64,000 nucleotides of DNA from Podarcis muralis (lineage: Eukaryota), in NCBI RefSeq assembly GCF_964188315.1, contig NC_135670.1, positions 868,001-932,000 on the forward strand, in the 5' to 3' direction. Position numbers and translations under genes: made by a program. Positions 30,540 to 42,376 of this stretch are shown here, piece after piece. Under the pieces are notes generated by a model. The model was given only the letters and a program-made list of their open reading frames with translations. It was not told where the DNA came from and ran no database searches. The first letter of the stretch is position 1. Each line of letters opens with the position of its first letter.

Positions 30540-30850
30540 ATGAAATACTTTATTGTCACTTGTTCAACTTGTATACAGCGAGATTACAGGAGCTCCCCCC
30601 ACTCAGCTCTCTTAGTCTTAATTCCCCTCGTTTACTGACACCCACCCACCAAACCCGAAACTCAGTTGCCCTGTTGTTATCTTTTCATTCAGCAGCCTAA
30701 CAGCCCACAGATAGAAGCTGTTCTTTACCCTGTTGGTGCGACTAATCCTGCTTCTATATCTTCTGCCCAAGGGCAGGAGATTTCTGGGTTTGGATTTCTG
30801 TGTGGTGGGTGGCTGGGGGAATAGTTGAGAAGGGGTTTGCAAGAATCTGG
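30540..30850 (-). mobile_element. Rex1/Babar LINE 3' fragment
   Basis: LLPLGRRYRSRISRTNRVKNSFYLWAVRLLN matches the Rex/Babar C-terminal motif LPSGRRYRS...NSF...A.RLLN. Confidence 0.75.
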
Positions 30851-30865
30851 AAGCTTGTGTGTTTT

Positions 30866-31614
30866 CTAGGAGGTTTGGTGCTTTTGAATTTTTTGGATCT
30901 GAAGCACTGATTTATTTATTTTTTGGGTTTGCGAAGGTAGGAGCTGTGCTGCCATGGGGCCCAAGAAGACTGCTGCTGCAGAGGCCGGCGAGAGGAAGAA
31001 GGACGGCCACGAGCTGACCACCCAGGAGCTGGTCGAACTGCAGGCAGAGGCTGCGCAGGAGCAGGCCTTGCTGGAAGAGGAACGGCTGTCCTCCAAAGAA
31101 CTGGCGGACATTTGCCAGAAGTGGGAAGAGGTGCAGGCTTTTGCACAGCAGTACCACCCTGACAAGGACCTGGCACGTGACCTTGGGAACACTTTGGATA
31201 CGAGGGTCATGTCGTCTTTCAGGGAGGTGCTGAAAAGGCGGATGAAGCAGCAGACCGTGGACAGGTTCTTCAGCAAGAAGCAAAGAGTGGAAGAGGAACC
31301 TTCTTCGAGTTGTCCCCCAGAGTCTTAGAAAATGTATGTACAGTACTGTACACTTTGGTGATTTTTAAATGCTTTTCTGTCATGTTTAGAAACTTAAATT
31401 ATTGTTCCTTCAATTTTTGAAATGCTCTTTACAGTATGTGTGGCTTTAAAGAGCACTTAATAAACTCTTTTTGTACCAAATTTGGCTTTGTTTGGACTTT
31501 TTTTGACCATAGGGACGCATTAATTGATTTTCAATGCATTCCTAGGGGAATCCGTGCTTCGCAAGACGAAAAAACTCGCAGAACGAATTAATTTCGTCTT
31601 GCGAGGTACCACTG
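30866..31614 (+). mobile_element. Internally deleted Tigger/pogo transposon lacking its left end
   Basis: Right TIR ends at 31614 and matches the MITE at 26390; carries transposase N- and C-terminal remnants. Confidence 0.8.
30954..31328 (+). CDS. Intact 124-aa ORF: Tigger transposase N-terminal peptide fused in frame to its C-terminal domain
   Basis: MGPKKTAAAEAGERKK joined to HELTTQELVELQ...ICQKWEEVQAFAQQYHPDK...MSSFREVLKRRMKQQTVDRFF; Kozak GCCATGG; AATAAA at 31459. Expression is unknown. Confidence 0.45.
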   Translation: MGPKKTAAAEAGERKKDGHELTTQELVELQAEAAQEQALLEEERLSSKELADICQKWEEVQAFAQQYHPDKDLARDLGNTLDTRVMSSFREVLKRRMKQQTVDRFFSKKQRVEEEPSSSCPPES

Positions 31615-32329
31615 TGCTTCTGTTTAAGAACAGTTTCAGGTTAAGAACCGACCTCTAGAACGAATTAAGTACGTAACCAGAGGTACCACTGTACTGTCCC
31701 ACCATCTTGTCCTCTGTCGTCCCCTTCTCCTTGTGCCCTCCATCTTTCTTTAAAAATGTTTAGGGGTACTCTCATTCTCCTACTCATATTGAAATATTGC
31801 TCCTCAATGAGGCCAAAAATAGATTCACAAAATGTTTAGGGGTGTGCATACCCCAGAAAAAAAGCACTGCTCTCACCTGTCTATGTCTATTGATACCTCA
31901 TGGTATATTTTGTTGTTGTTTAATGACACTAATTTAGATAAGTCTCATGGTGTTAATGTGCCCAGATATTTAATGTTGTATTTGCAAACATGAAACTGGT
32001 ATTGTTTAAACCAGTGCTTTTTTCTGGGGGGGGCGCAGGGTTGGGTGGGTGTGTTTCTCTACTTGCCCCCGGAACACCCCCAAGAGGGTGAGAAGGTGCA
32101 AGAGGGCAGCCCAGGGGCAAGTAGAGGAGTGCCTCCCCCCACCCCCTCCTGTCCATGAATATCTGGTGAGCAGTGGGTGCACCGGGGTGGCAGTTTCTTC
32201 ACTCTGCCTAATCAGGGAGCTGGCCCTGCCACACTCTTCAACTTCAAAATAAGGAAAGCTGGTCAAAGTCATTGACAACCCTCGCTTAAATATACATTCA
32301 TGTACAGCCCCACAAACCACTCCATAGAA

Positions 32330-32591
32330 TAAGGGTCAGCAAACTTTTTCAGCAGGGGGCCGGTCCACTGTCCCTCAGACCTTGTGGGGGGGGGCGGACT
32401 ATATTTTTTTTGGGGGGGGGGAGAAGAAAGAATGAATTCCTATGCCCCACAAATAACCCAGAGATGCATTTTAAATAACAGGACACATTCTACTCATGTA
32501 AAAACACACTGATTCCCGGACCGTCTGCGGGCTGGATTTAGAAGGCGATTGGGCCGGATCCGGGCTCCGGGCCTTAGTTTGCCTACCCATG
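32330..32591. mobile_element. hAT MITE
   Basis: 8-bp TSD CCATAGAA at 32322-32329 and 32592-32599; imperfect TIRs. Confidence 0.85.
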
Positions 32592-32609
32592 CCATAGAAT
32601 GATAGAACT

Positions 32610-34185
32610 GCAGTGTTGAAAGAGACCCTAAGGGCCATCTAGTCCAACCCCCTTCAATGCAGGAAACGCAGCTGAGTTTGCGTTCAAGGGAGAGGCATAG
32701 AAGACTCAGCTCCTGGGATTCTGGCCGGGGGAGCCATGGAGGTTGAAGGAAACAGAGGGGGCATTAAGTGGAGGGCGTGTGGCTCACAGAAGCTGGAAGG
32801 GACCCCCAAGAGTCATCTAGTCAACCCCCTGCCATGTGGGAAACCACCAAGTTCCTGGGGAAGCTGCCTGCCATGGCTTGGACCAGAGGGACTGGCCCCC
32901 GCCCCCTCCTCAGGAAGCCAGGACCCTCTGCAACACACCACATCCCATCCCCACCCCTGATGTTCCGCCTTCTCACCTGCCCTCCTCGCTTGGCCCCCTC
33001 TTTCCTCAGCGCCTGCACCAGCCGGGGGTCTCCCTCGATGGCGGTGACGGAGAGGCCCAGGCCGAAGGACAGGAAGCGCGAGAGGTGGCCCTGGGGGAAA
33101 GGGGGGAAAAGACACTGCAAATAAAGCAGCCTTTGTGAGACTTCGAAAAGGAAGAGGAACCCCAGAGGCCTCCTCCCTCCCTACTTACCTGGCCAGCGCC
33201 CACGTCAACCACCTGGCGGCACCCCGTGAGCTCACTCAGCCGTTTCACCATCTGCGGGGGAAACGGGAGTCAGGGAGGCCCCTGTGGAGCTGCCCCCCAG
33301 GTAGAGGGACCCTCTGGTGGCTTCAGCAAGGGGCAGCGGCCGCTTCCCAGGAGAGGGAGAGGAGGAGGATGGGCAGCAGCAGCAGCAGGAGAGGAAACCA
33401 GGTGTGGCTGGAGGAAGAGGTGGAAGGGAGTGTGCAAAGGTAAGAAATAAAAAAAAAAATAATACTAACAAATATATACCCTGCTTTTCCCCTGACTCAG
33501 GGCAGCTTACAGATAACATAAGAACAGCTGTATGAGGCAGAAAAACATAAGAACAACGTATGGGGCAGAAAATAAAAACAAAACAAGCATTAACAGAATT
33601 AAAACTATGTATCTATATGTATGTACAGTCATACTTCGGGTTACAGATGCTTCAGGTTGCGCACTGTACCATACCCGGAAGTACCGGAACGGCTTACTTC
33701 CGGGTTTCAGCACATGTGCAGAAGTGCTAAATTGCTCTTTGTGCATGCGCAGAAGTGCCAAATTGTGACCCGTGCGTGCGCAGACGTGGCACTGCAGGTT
33801 GCAAATGTGCCTCCTGCACAGATCACGTTCGCAACCCGAGTGTCCACTGTATATATGTCTCTATCTCCCATCAGATGTCAAGAAAATAAACTACTATCCA
33901 ATTTTTAGAAGACATCTGAAGGCCGCCCTCTTTAGGGAAGTTTTCGATGTTTGAAGTTTTATTCTGTTCTTAATGTTCTGTTGAAAGCCGCCCAGAGTGG
34001 CTGGCGAAACCCAGCCAGATGGGCAGGGTAGAAATAATAAATTATCATCATCATCATCTATCAATGCATGTTCTGTTAAAAACACAGATAATCACAATAA
34101 AAATGGCACATTAAAAGCAACATTAAAAACAAATCCCTGCAGGAAAAATCCAAGGAAGTCATTGTTCACGCCCGGCATAGCTGAC
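32610..34185 (-). pseudogene. Partial duplicate of RRNAD1: copies of the exons at 25946-25884 and 25785-25639, plus a copy of intron 1 sequence
   Basis: 32610-33440 closely matches 25275-26135. Exon copies lie at 33251-33189 and 33090-32977, the second with a 33-bp in-frame deletion. 33460-34185 is a more diverged match to 28440-29555. Confidence 0.88.
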
Positions 34186-34425
34186 TTGTGGATCTCTCTA
34201 CCGCAGGAGGCAGCAATGGCCGCCAGTACCAGGGCCTCTGCTTTGCCTCCACTGTCAGGAGGCAGACGTGCTTCTGAAGGCTGGGCTCGCCCTTTGGCCT
34301 GATCCAGCAGCCAGGCTCTTTTGCCGTCCTCATGGAACCTCCAGGTGCAGAGGCAGTCTATCTCGATTCCTCGTTTCTTGGGAATTGACTAGGCGGGGCA
34401 CTGGCTGGATCCAGGGGCTTTTACG

Positions 34426-34573
34426 CATAGCTGTCAACCTTCCCCCTTTTTGCGGGAAATTCCCTTATTCCAGCGCTGTTTCCCGCTGCTATCCCGCATT
34501 GTTAGATATCCCGTACCCGGGACAGGAGAGGCTGCTGATCCCTTATTTTCAAATCTGAAAGTTGACAGCTATG
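34426..34573. mobile_element. 148-bp hAT MITE, same TIR as 11836
   Basis: TIR CATAGCTGTCAAC; 8-bp TSD CTTTTACG at 34418-34425 and 34574-34581. Confidence 0.85.
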
Positions 34574-37281
34574 CTTTTACGCTCCATGAATGTGTAAATA
34601 CAGGGGCTGGCAGAAGCCGCTCTCCTCTATTGAAAGGGGGTTTTATGGCAGCCGGAACTCAGCATTCTTGGAGCCTCCACGAGGGTCTGCCGGGTGGCTG
34701 ATGATGCCTGGCTATCGATTTCGCTTATGAAAATTCTATATGTTTATTATTTTGGGGTTTTTCTTTCTAATGGCCGTGCCTCTTCCTGTTGCAACTGAGC
34801 TGCCTTGTAGGGAAACGTTTCAGGAAACCACACGGGCAAATTCTCAATCAATGGGCTGCAAAGCAAAACAAGGCGGCTTCTGGGAGAGCGCAGAGGAGCC
34901 GAGGCTGGGCGGATCAGTTGGCAACCCTCCTCAACCCGCCGGAGAGCCCCGCGCCTGCGCAGTCGTAACCGGCCCTGCACGCGAAGGCGGAGCATGCGCA
35001 CTTTGCCCCGTCGGTCCCTTCGGCTCCCTTCCTTCCCTTCTAGGCGAAGCGGGCATAGAGGGGGGAGAAGGAGGAGCGAGAACAAACCGCCTCTATTGTG
35101 CGCAGAGAGGGATTTTGCCCTAGACAAGCTTCCGGTCTGAACCGGAAGCTGTGGCTTTGGGGTGGACGCTCTCGTGGCACGTCTCTGGTCCGCCTTCCTC
35201 GCCCACCTGGCTGGGCTTCCCCGGCCCCTCCGGGCAGCATCCAAGAAAGCCTTAAAAGACAGGAAGGCATCAAGGAGGAGCCGCCTTCTCCGGGCTTGAA
35301 GCGAGGAGCATTGCAGTGTGTTGGGCCAAACTCTGTGCAAATGCTTCCTCGGCGGCACAGCTGCCAAAAGGGAAACCCCCTTATTCCGAGTAGGATTCCT
35401 CGCAAGAAAAGGGGGAAAGTGGGCAGCTCTGCTTCGTGGGCTTGGGGGGATCTGGCCCAGGGCGGAGGCAAATCAAGATCCATTCTTTCCTTCCTTCTCT
35501 GAGCTGATCCTCCCTTCTGACGCTGCAGAAATGATGCGGTGCTGGTGGGAGGGGGCACTGGAAATGGGGCACTCATAAAAGTGAGGAGGGGTCTGGCTCG
35601 GCTCTTTGCAAGGAGGGCGGACCCTGCGAGGGCAGTTCTGCTTGCAAGGACAGGTCCGGCTTCTTCGCCTTGCTTTTGCCTGTTTCCTTGAAGCCCTCCG
35701 ACCTAGCGGGGGTCCCGGAATCCCCCTAAGGACTGGAGAGCAGCCGGTGAGCATTTGGGGTTCTTTCCCGTTCCTTCCTTCTCTGAGCCCTTCCTCTTCT
35801 CTGGAAGAAGGGGCGCCCCCCGCCATCCCCCCTCCTCCATCATCTCGTCACCCCCCCAGTCCTTGACAAGGCGCTCGGACTAGATTAGGGTTGCCATGTT
35901 CCCAAAGGGGGAAATCTTTGCAGCTGTTAAAACCCCCAACAAAACAATGAATGGGGGGGGGGGGAAGCCCCAAAGAATTCAGGGGCGCAGGATCCGGAAA
36001 AGGACTGCGGGTGGGGAGTCTCCTCCCAGGCAGAACTTTTGGGGCGAGTTGCCCCGGGTCTCTTTTTCCGGAGGGATGGGGGGTCGTTTTGCACATTGCG
36101 GGGCGATCCCCTTTCTGACTCGGTGACGCAGGCGCGCGAGAAATATCCCCCCCTGAAGATAACTCCCCCCCCCCCCGGTGCTTGCAGGGGGAGCTCCGCC
36201 CATGGGCAGCCTTGCCTCGGAGAGGCTGTCTCCGAAACATGCTCGCGTTGGGGCCAAATCCAGCCGGCATGACTCCTGGTCCTGGAGAAAAGCAGATCTC
36301 TGCACCGCTCCCGACTTGATGCGGGTGTGTGTGTGTGTGTGCGGGGTCTGGCATCCTTTCTCCTCTGGCCCCCTCCTTCTGTTCCAGTGTACTGTATCTG
36401 TGCATGCACACAAAAGCTCACACCAAGAACAAACTTCCTTGCTCTCTAAGGTGATACGGGACAATTTTTTTTATTTTTTAATACATTTCCACCCAACATC
36501 CGTGTGCGACGTTTCTTCTCCTCTTCCCAGCTGGTCTCCCCCCCCCCTCTCTCTCCTCGCCCCTGGACCACCCCAAGGAAGCAAGGGGGCAGGCCAAGGG
36601 AGAAGTAGAGGAGTCCAGGAGCAGCTGCTGGGGCGCAGGGGGCGCACTGGGCTGGCAGCCCTGACCTGGGGCAACTTGCCACGCAGGCAGGTTTCTCTAG
36701 AGCAGTTTTGCTTGCAAATAAAGGTGCGGCTTCTTCGCCGCTTGGCTGCAAGTTTCGCCTTGGTCTTGCCCTCCGAGCGCGGGGGATCCTTTCACCTGGG
36801 GGGCTCACGGATCCCCCTAAGGACTGGAGAGCAGCCGGTACTTTTCCATTCCTTCCTTCTCTGAGCCGTGACCTCCGGCAATCCTGCCTCCTCCTTCTCT
36901 GGACGCTTCAGGAGGAGGAGAAGGGGCGGACCCCATCCCTCCTCCTCCATCTCGCCGCCCCTCCAGTCTCAAAAACATGCCTCCCATTTGGTTGCCGGAT
37001 CAGGAGCCGCAGAAGCGCGCGGCTCATTGGCCGCCGCCTTCCCTTTCTTGCCCGTCCCTTTTCTCTGCACATGAGTCATGTGCCTTGGAAAAGCAAATTT
37101 TCGCTCCGGCACACCACGCCGGGTTTTCCATTCATGCACTTGCGCTTTTTTCTCCTCTCAATCCCTTCTTCGCCGTGCAGAGGCGAGAGCGGGGATCTCC
37201 GATCCGCAAAGGTAAGATCGTAGCGCCTCGGCCGCGAAGAAAGTTTGCAGGGAATGTCACACGCCGATGTTGGGTGGAAAA

Positions 37282-37338
<57 letters not shown>

Positions 37339-37472
37339 TCCTGTAGCACCGTAGAGACCAGCGAAGCTGTCAACGTTTCGCTTTTCTCAAGGGAAGTTCC
37401 CTTACTCCTAATAGGATTCCTCGCAAGAAAAGGGAAAAGTTGACAGCTAAGATGCACACTTCTTCAGATACA

Positions 37473-37509
<37 letters not shown>

Positions 37510-37730
37510 AAGAAGTGTGCATGCACACAAAAGCTCACACCAAAAACAAACTCAGTTGGTGTCTAAGGTGCTACTGGAAGGATTTTTTTTTTTCCAGTTT
37601 GGAGAAAAGGCTCATGGAACTCCCTGTCGTTTTGCCTTGAGTCTCGCTCTCCCGACTTAGCCGCCTTGGGGAGTTGGTGAAGTTATATGGGCAGAGAAGT
37701 TTTCTTCCCTCTCTCCTGACACTAGAACTG

Positions 37731-37768
<38 letters not shown>

Positions 37769-38293
37769 CAACACAGCCAGTGAAGTTGAACGTGGAAAAA
37801 AAAAAAGGACAGATATTTTTAAAAAACCCGATCCTTCTTGACGCAGCGCAGAGTTAAACTAACAGAGCTCCCTCTTGCATGTGGCTGTGATGGCTCTCAA
37901 ACTTAATCAACTGTTTGTTTGGTGTTTTGTTTGGAATGTTTTTTACTGTATTAATATTCGGTGTTTGCCGCCCTGAGACCGGTCTTGGCCGGGGAGGGTG
38001 GGGTATAAATAAAACATTATTATTATTATTATTATTATTACTAAAAGGGGTTTAGGCAAATTCATGGAGGAGGAGAGGGCTGTGGATGGCAACTAGGCAA
38101 GAGAGCTATATTCTCTCTGCCTCTTCAGTCTGGGGCTGCAGCCAGCAGTTCCTCTGAATGAGAGTTGCAGGAAACTTGGAAGGCAGGGTGCCTGAGGGCA
38201 GAGTGGCAGCAGAGTGGTATTGTGTTTACCTCTCATTGCAACGGCTCCAGTCCATTCTTGGCTGTTTGCAGGACCATTTATATCACGCCACCC

Positions 38294-39949
38294 GGACCTC
38301 CGGGTTGGCGCCAGCGCCGAATGGCGGACTCCCTCCGAGCTCCGGAGGGAGCCTGCTTGGCAGGGGTTGGGTCCTCCCGCGCCGGCGACGCGGGGACCCT
38401 CAAAAACCATGGGCGCTGAAACCCATGGGCATGGTGACTTGGCTGGCACCTTTTAAGCCCCCCCTCGACCCGCGAAGGAGCCTTTTTAAAGGCTACGGAA
38501 CGGGTGACAGGGGGGGGTGGTGCTTTGAGTACTCCGCTTCCCCTGCCGAGCGAAGCCGCATGCCATTCGACGGAGAGCGCTGACTTCTTCCATTGGAAAT
38601 TCGGACTTAAAGTATAACCCGTGAGTAATTGGAACTTGGATTAAAAAGGACAAAATTTATATAAAAAATTTGGAACGAGCGGGGAGGGCGTAAAAAGGAA
38701 GTCAGCCCCCCCCTGTTGTAGAGGAGTTAAAGCAAAGGACTTAACATCTAAGATCGAGTGCAACCCTATTTTGAAAAAGTTATTAAATTTCGCGATGGAA
38801 AATTATAAGACTGAGCTGGAGGAGAATAGTGGAAGTGAATTATAAAGCAACCCCCCCACGGAACCTGGGAGCGTTTTAGCTAGAGCGCCTGGAGAAGACA
38901 AGGAGAGGTTTTGACAGCTGTCAAAGAGCTGTCAAAGCAGAAGAACAAAAAAGAACTTTGTTGCAAGGACTTTACCGGTTACATTTGTTATAATTTGGAT
39001 TTAGAATGTTTAAAACAAGGAATACTAAGTTACTATGATTGCTGGTTGTGATCTGGAAGGGAGCTGAGTTATTGCAAGTCACCTAGAGGAGCTGAGGGAT
39101 ATTACAAGTTGTCAGCACTGAATTGAACAGAACTCTTTATCTCCTGGGAAACTGCAGAAATGGAACACTATTTTGGCTACAGAGGCTTACATATGTAAAG
39201 CAGACAATGGATTTATCTACCGATGTTTGGTTCCTGAATAACAGAGCCTTTGCAGAGGAATTCAGAGACTTTTTGAATTGGAACATCTGTGCAGGAAAAT
39301 AGGAAAAGAAAAGGACGGGAAAAAGAGGAGACAGATCAACAAGAACAACAAGAACAATCGACAATTGGATAAAGCTGGAAGCGGGAACATTTGGAACATC
39401 CAGAAAAAGTATAAAGAAGTAAAACTGGAGTTTTCACTCCCAAGTATAAAAAAGTCTGGATGGGAAAAATGGGCCCTTTCGAGATAGACTCCTTCCAAGA
39501 TTGGATATACAAAATTAAAAATGACTGGTAAAGGACTATGGTTTTAAAAAAAAATGTGGGAGCTGCAGGAAGACATCAGATTCGAGAAATATTGGGGACG
39601 CAACCGGGGAAAGGGGGAGGGAAATTTGGAATCCAAAGGGTGTAAAACTACATTTTATTTTATTATATTTTAATCTATTATGTATATTAAAGGGGAGAAC
39701 GCGTGGAAGGGACTAAGTCGATTTTAGGAGGTGGGCTAATATTTTTAAATTGGGATAATGACACTAAGTTTAAAATCTGGGATAAAAAATTGCTGAATCT
39801 ATTTGTAAGAATTGGAATGCAAGAGGGGGAGGGGAGGGGAAGTCCTGGAAAGATGATATGGAAAATAAGATTCTAAATTGGGATGTTTTGTTTTTGATAT
39901 TGTTATAATTGGAAATGCCTAATAAATATTATTAAAAATATATATATAT
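38294..39949 (+). mobile_element. 1.66-kb non-autonomous L1-like retroposon
   Basis: 14-bp TSD ATATCACGCCACCC at 38280-38293 and 39950-39963; CpG-rich 5' end with ATGGCGG; G-rich 3' end, AATAAA near 39921 and an A/TA tail; no long ORF. Confidence 0.7.
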
Positions 39950-42376
39950 ATATCACGCCACCCAACGTCAGTGAAACAGTGATGTCTCTCAAGAAGTGTG
40001 CATGCACATAAAAACTTATACCAAGAACAAACTTAGTTGGTCTCTAAAGTGCTACTGGACAATTTTTCATTTTTTTATATTTTTCCACCCAACATCAGTG
40101 TGTGACGTTTCTTCTCCTCTTCCCAGCTGGTCTCCCCCCCTCTCCCCCCTCACAGTTTCATCATCAGGTAGCTCAGCTCATTGAAATGGGAAAAGACCAG
40201 CCTTTGACAAGAGCGGAGCTTCTGGTATAAGGCTAGCTTCCTTTTGTGGTGCTGTGTGGCAGCTTTTACATTGCCGCCACCACCTCCAAGCTTCCCCCCC
40301 CCCCCCATCGCAGGCACCACCAAGCACTCCCAACAGCTGCTTATGGAGGCCAGCAGGGGTGGGTGGGTTCCCCCCCCTCTCATAATATTTTTTATTGGTT
40401 TTTACAAATATTTCCATCATAACGTCAATTTTACAAATAAAATAAAGCAACATTTGGCTATATTAGCCGGGAACTTCCCTCATCCTCGACTAATGGTTTT
40501 CCAACTTAATCTCTAATATGCATTTTATAAATAATAAATAGTTTTTTATTTATAAATAGTTTTTATTTATACCCCGCCCTTCCCGGTTCAGAAAACCCGG
40601 CTCAGGGCGGCTAACAACAAACTTAAAACACTTAATTGATGCAACAAAAAAACCAGCATAAAATACAGTATAAAACGTGAATAACAATAAATTCAGAATT
40701 CAAAAATCAATTTTGGGTGGAAATCCATCCAATAAACATTAGATGATCACCAGGGCTAGCTGGCTAAATTAGTCCCATTTGGGCCAGCGAGGAGACCAGG
40801 GGAGAATTAGCTGTGGGATCCCAGAGCAGGGAATCTTCATAAAAAGGGGAGGGGGCGTTTTTTCGGGTGGCGGACTCCTAAAACCTGGAAGTACCGGAAT
40901 GGGTCACTTCCAGATTACGGCGGGCGCGCATGCACAGAAGCGCTAAATTGCGCTTTGCACATGCACAGAAGTGCTAAATTGCGTTTTGCGCATGCGCAGA
41001 AGCGCTGAATCGCAATCCATGCATGCGCAGACACAGGTCCTCCAAGACCGTGATGAACAATAATGGAGGTAACGGACAACTCTGCCAGGTACCTTTTGTA
41101 ATTTCAAGGCGTGGGTGGGTTTCTCTCCTCGCCCCCGGACCACCCCAAGGAAGCCGGGGGGCAGGCCAGGGGCAAGAAGAGGAGTCCAGGAGCAGCGTCC
41201 GGAGTGCTGGTGAGCAGGGGGCGCACTGGGCTGGCAGCCCTGACCTGGGGCAGCTGGCCACCCAGACAGATTTCTTCACTCTGCCTCATCAGGGAGCTGG
41301 CCCTGCCCCACTTTTCAACTTCAAAATGAGGAAAGCTGGTCAAAGTCATTGACACCCTTGCTTATCCGGACTCCCCCCCCCCCCTCCATTGAATCATAGA
41401 ACTGCAAAGTTGGAAGGAGTCCTGTGGGTCAACCCCCTACAACGCAGGAATCTCAACTGAACTATGCTCGGAGTCAAGAGTGGATTTCATGCTCTTTAGT
41501 GGTGAGGAGGAATGGAAGTTCCCCCAGGATGTCTGCTTTATACTTTATCACCTCTCCGTATTCCTTGGGTGTGATCACGAACTAGACAACTCTATAGATG
41601 GCTTGCGAAAATTCGTTCACAATAATGTAGGACATTTCAACTCCTTCTAATACATGGAATCTTAAACAATATCTACAATGCAAAAATTTCAATAACAATG
41701 ACAGACACAGCTCACGATTTTGAAGCCAAACAGTCCAGGTATTCCCGAAATAAGTCCGTGAGAATGACTATGTATACTTGTGCTGGTGTGATCCCAACGG
41801 AACTCCAACAACGAGGGACCCAGATTTCAATCCCTGTTTCGTGATTCTCCTTCTGGCCGGCCCAAAAAGGGACTCTAAATGATGCCTAACTTGCTTATAA
41901 GAAGTTATTCATTATATAGTAGTTCCTTGAGATGCATTGTGGGGAATGTATGTGGGAGAACAACAGCATGAACCAGAACGAATGTAGCCTTTGCTGGGGC
42001 CAGGACAAGTTCCCTGTGCTGGGGTTAAGCCATGGGACAGGTGCAGTCCCTTTGAGCATGTGCAGAGTGCATGTTACGGAGCGCCATTAGCCATCCTCCA
42101 TACAGTTAGCATTAGAAGAAATACCTGTATTCTCCAGACTGAATTCCAGGCAGACTTGGTGAACGGGGAAAGTGGTGTCTAGGCCGGGGCTTTCCTGGGG
42201 GAACCCAGAATGGAGAGAGATTTACACCCTTACACCCCCTACATTTAGGATGTCTTCTCTTTTCGGACAGGTGCTTGCTGCTAGAGGGACTGAAGATGTG
42301 AATCTCTGAGCCAGACTCCCAAGTTCTGATCTGCAGAGACCAAAATCGTGTGCAATCGCCTTCTGATGGGCAAAGC

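Noticed and set aside
30100-41900. Expected ISG20L2 opposite RRNAD1
   Set aside because: No DEDD exonuclease motifs (VAIDCEMVG, HSSVEDA) were found in any frame I examined.
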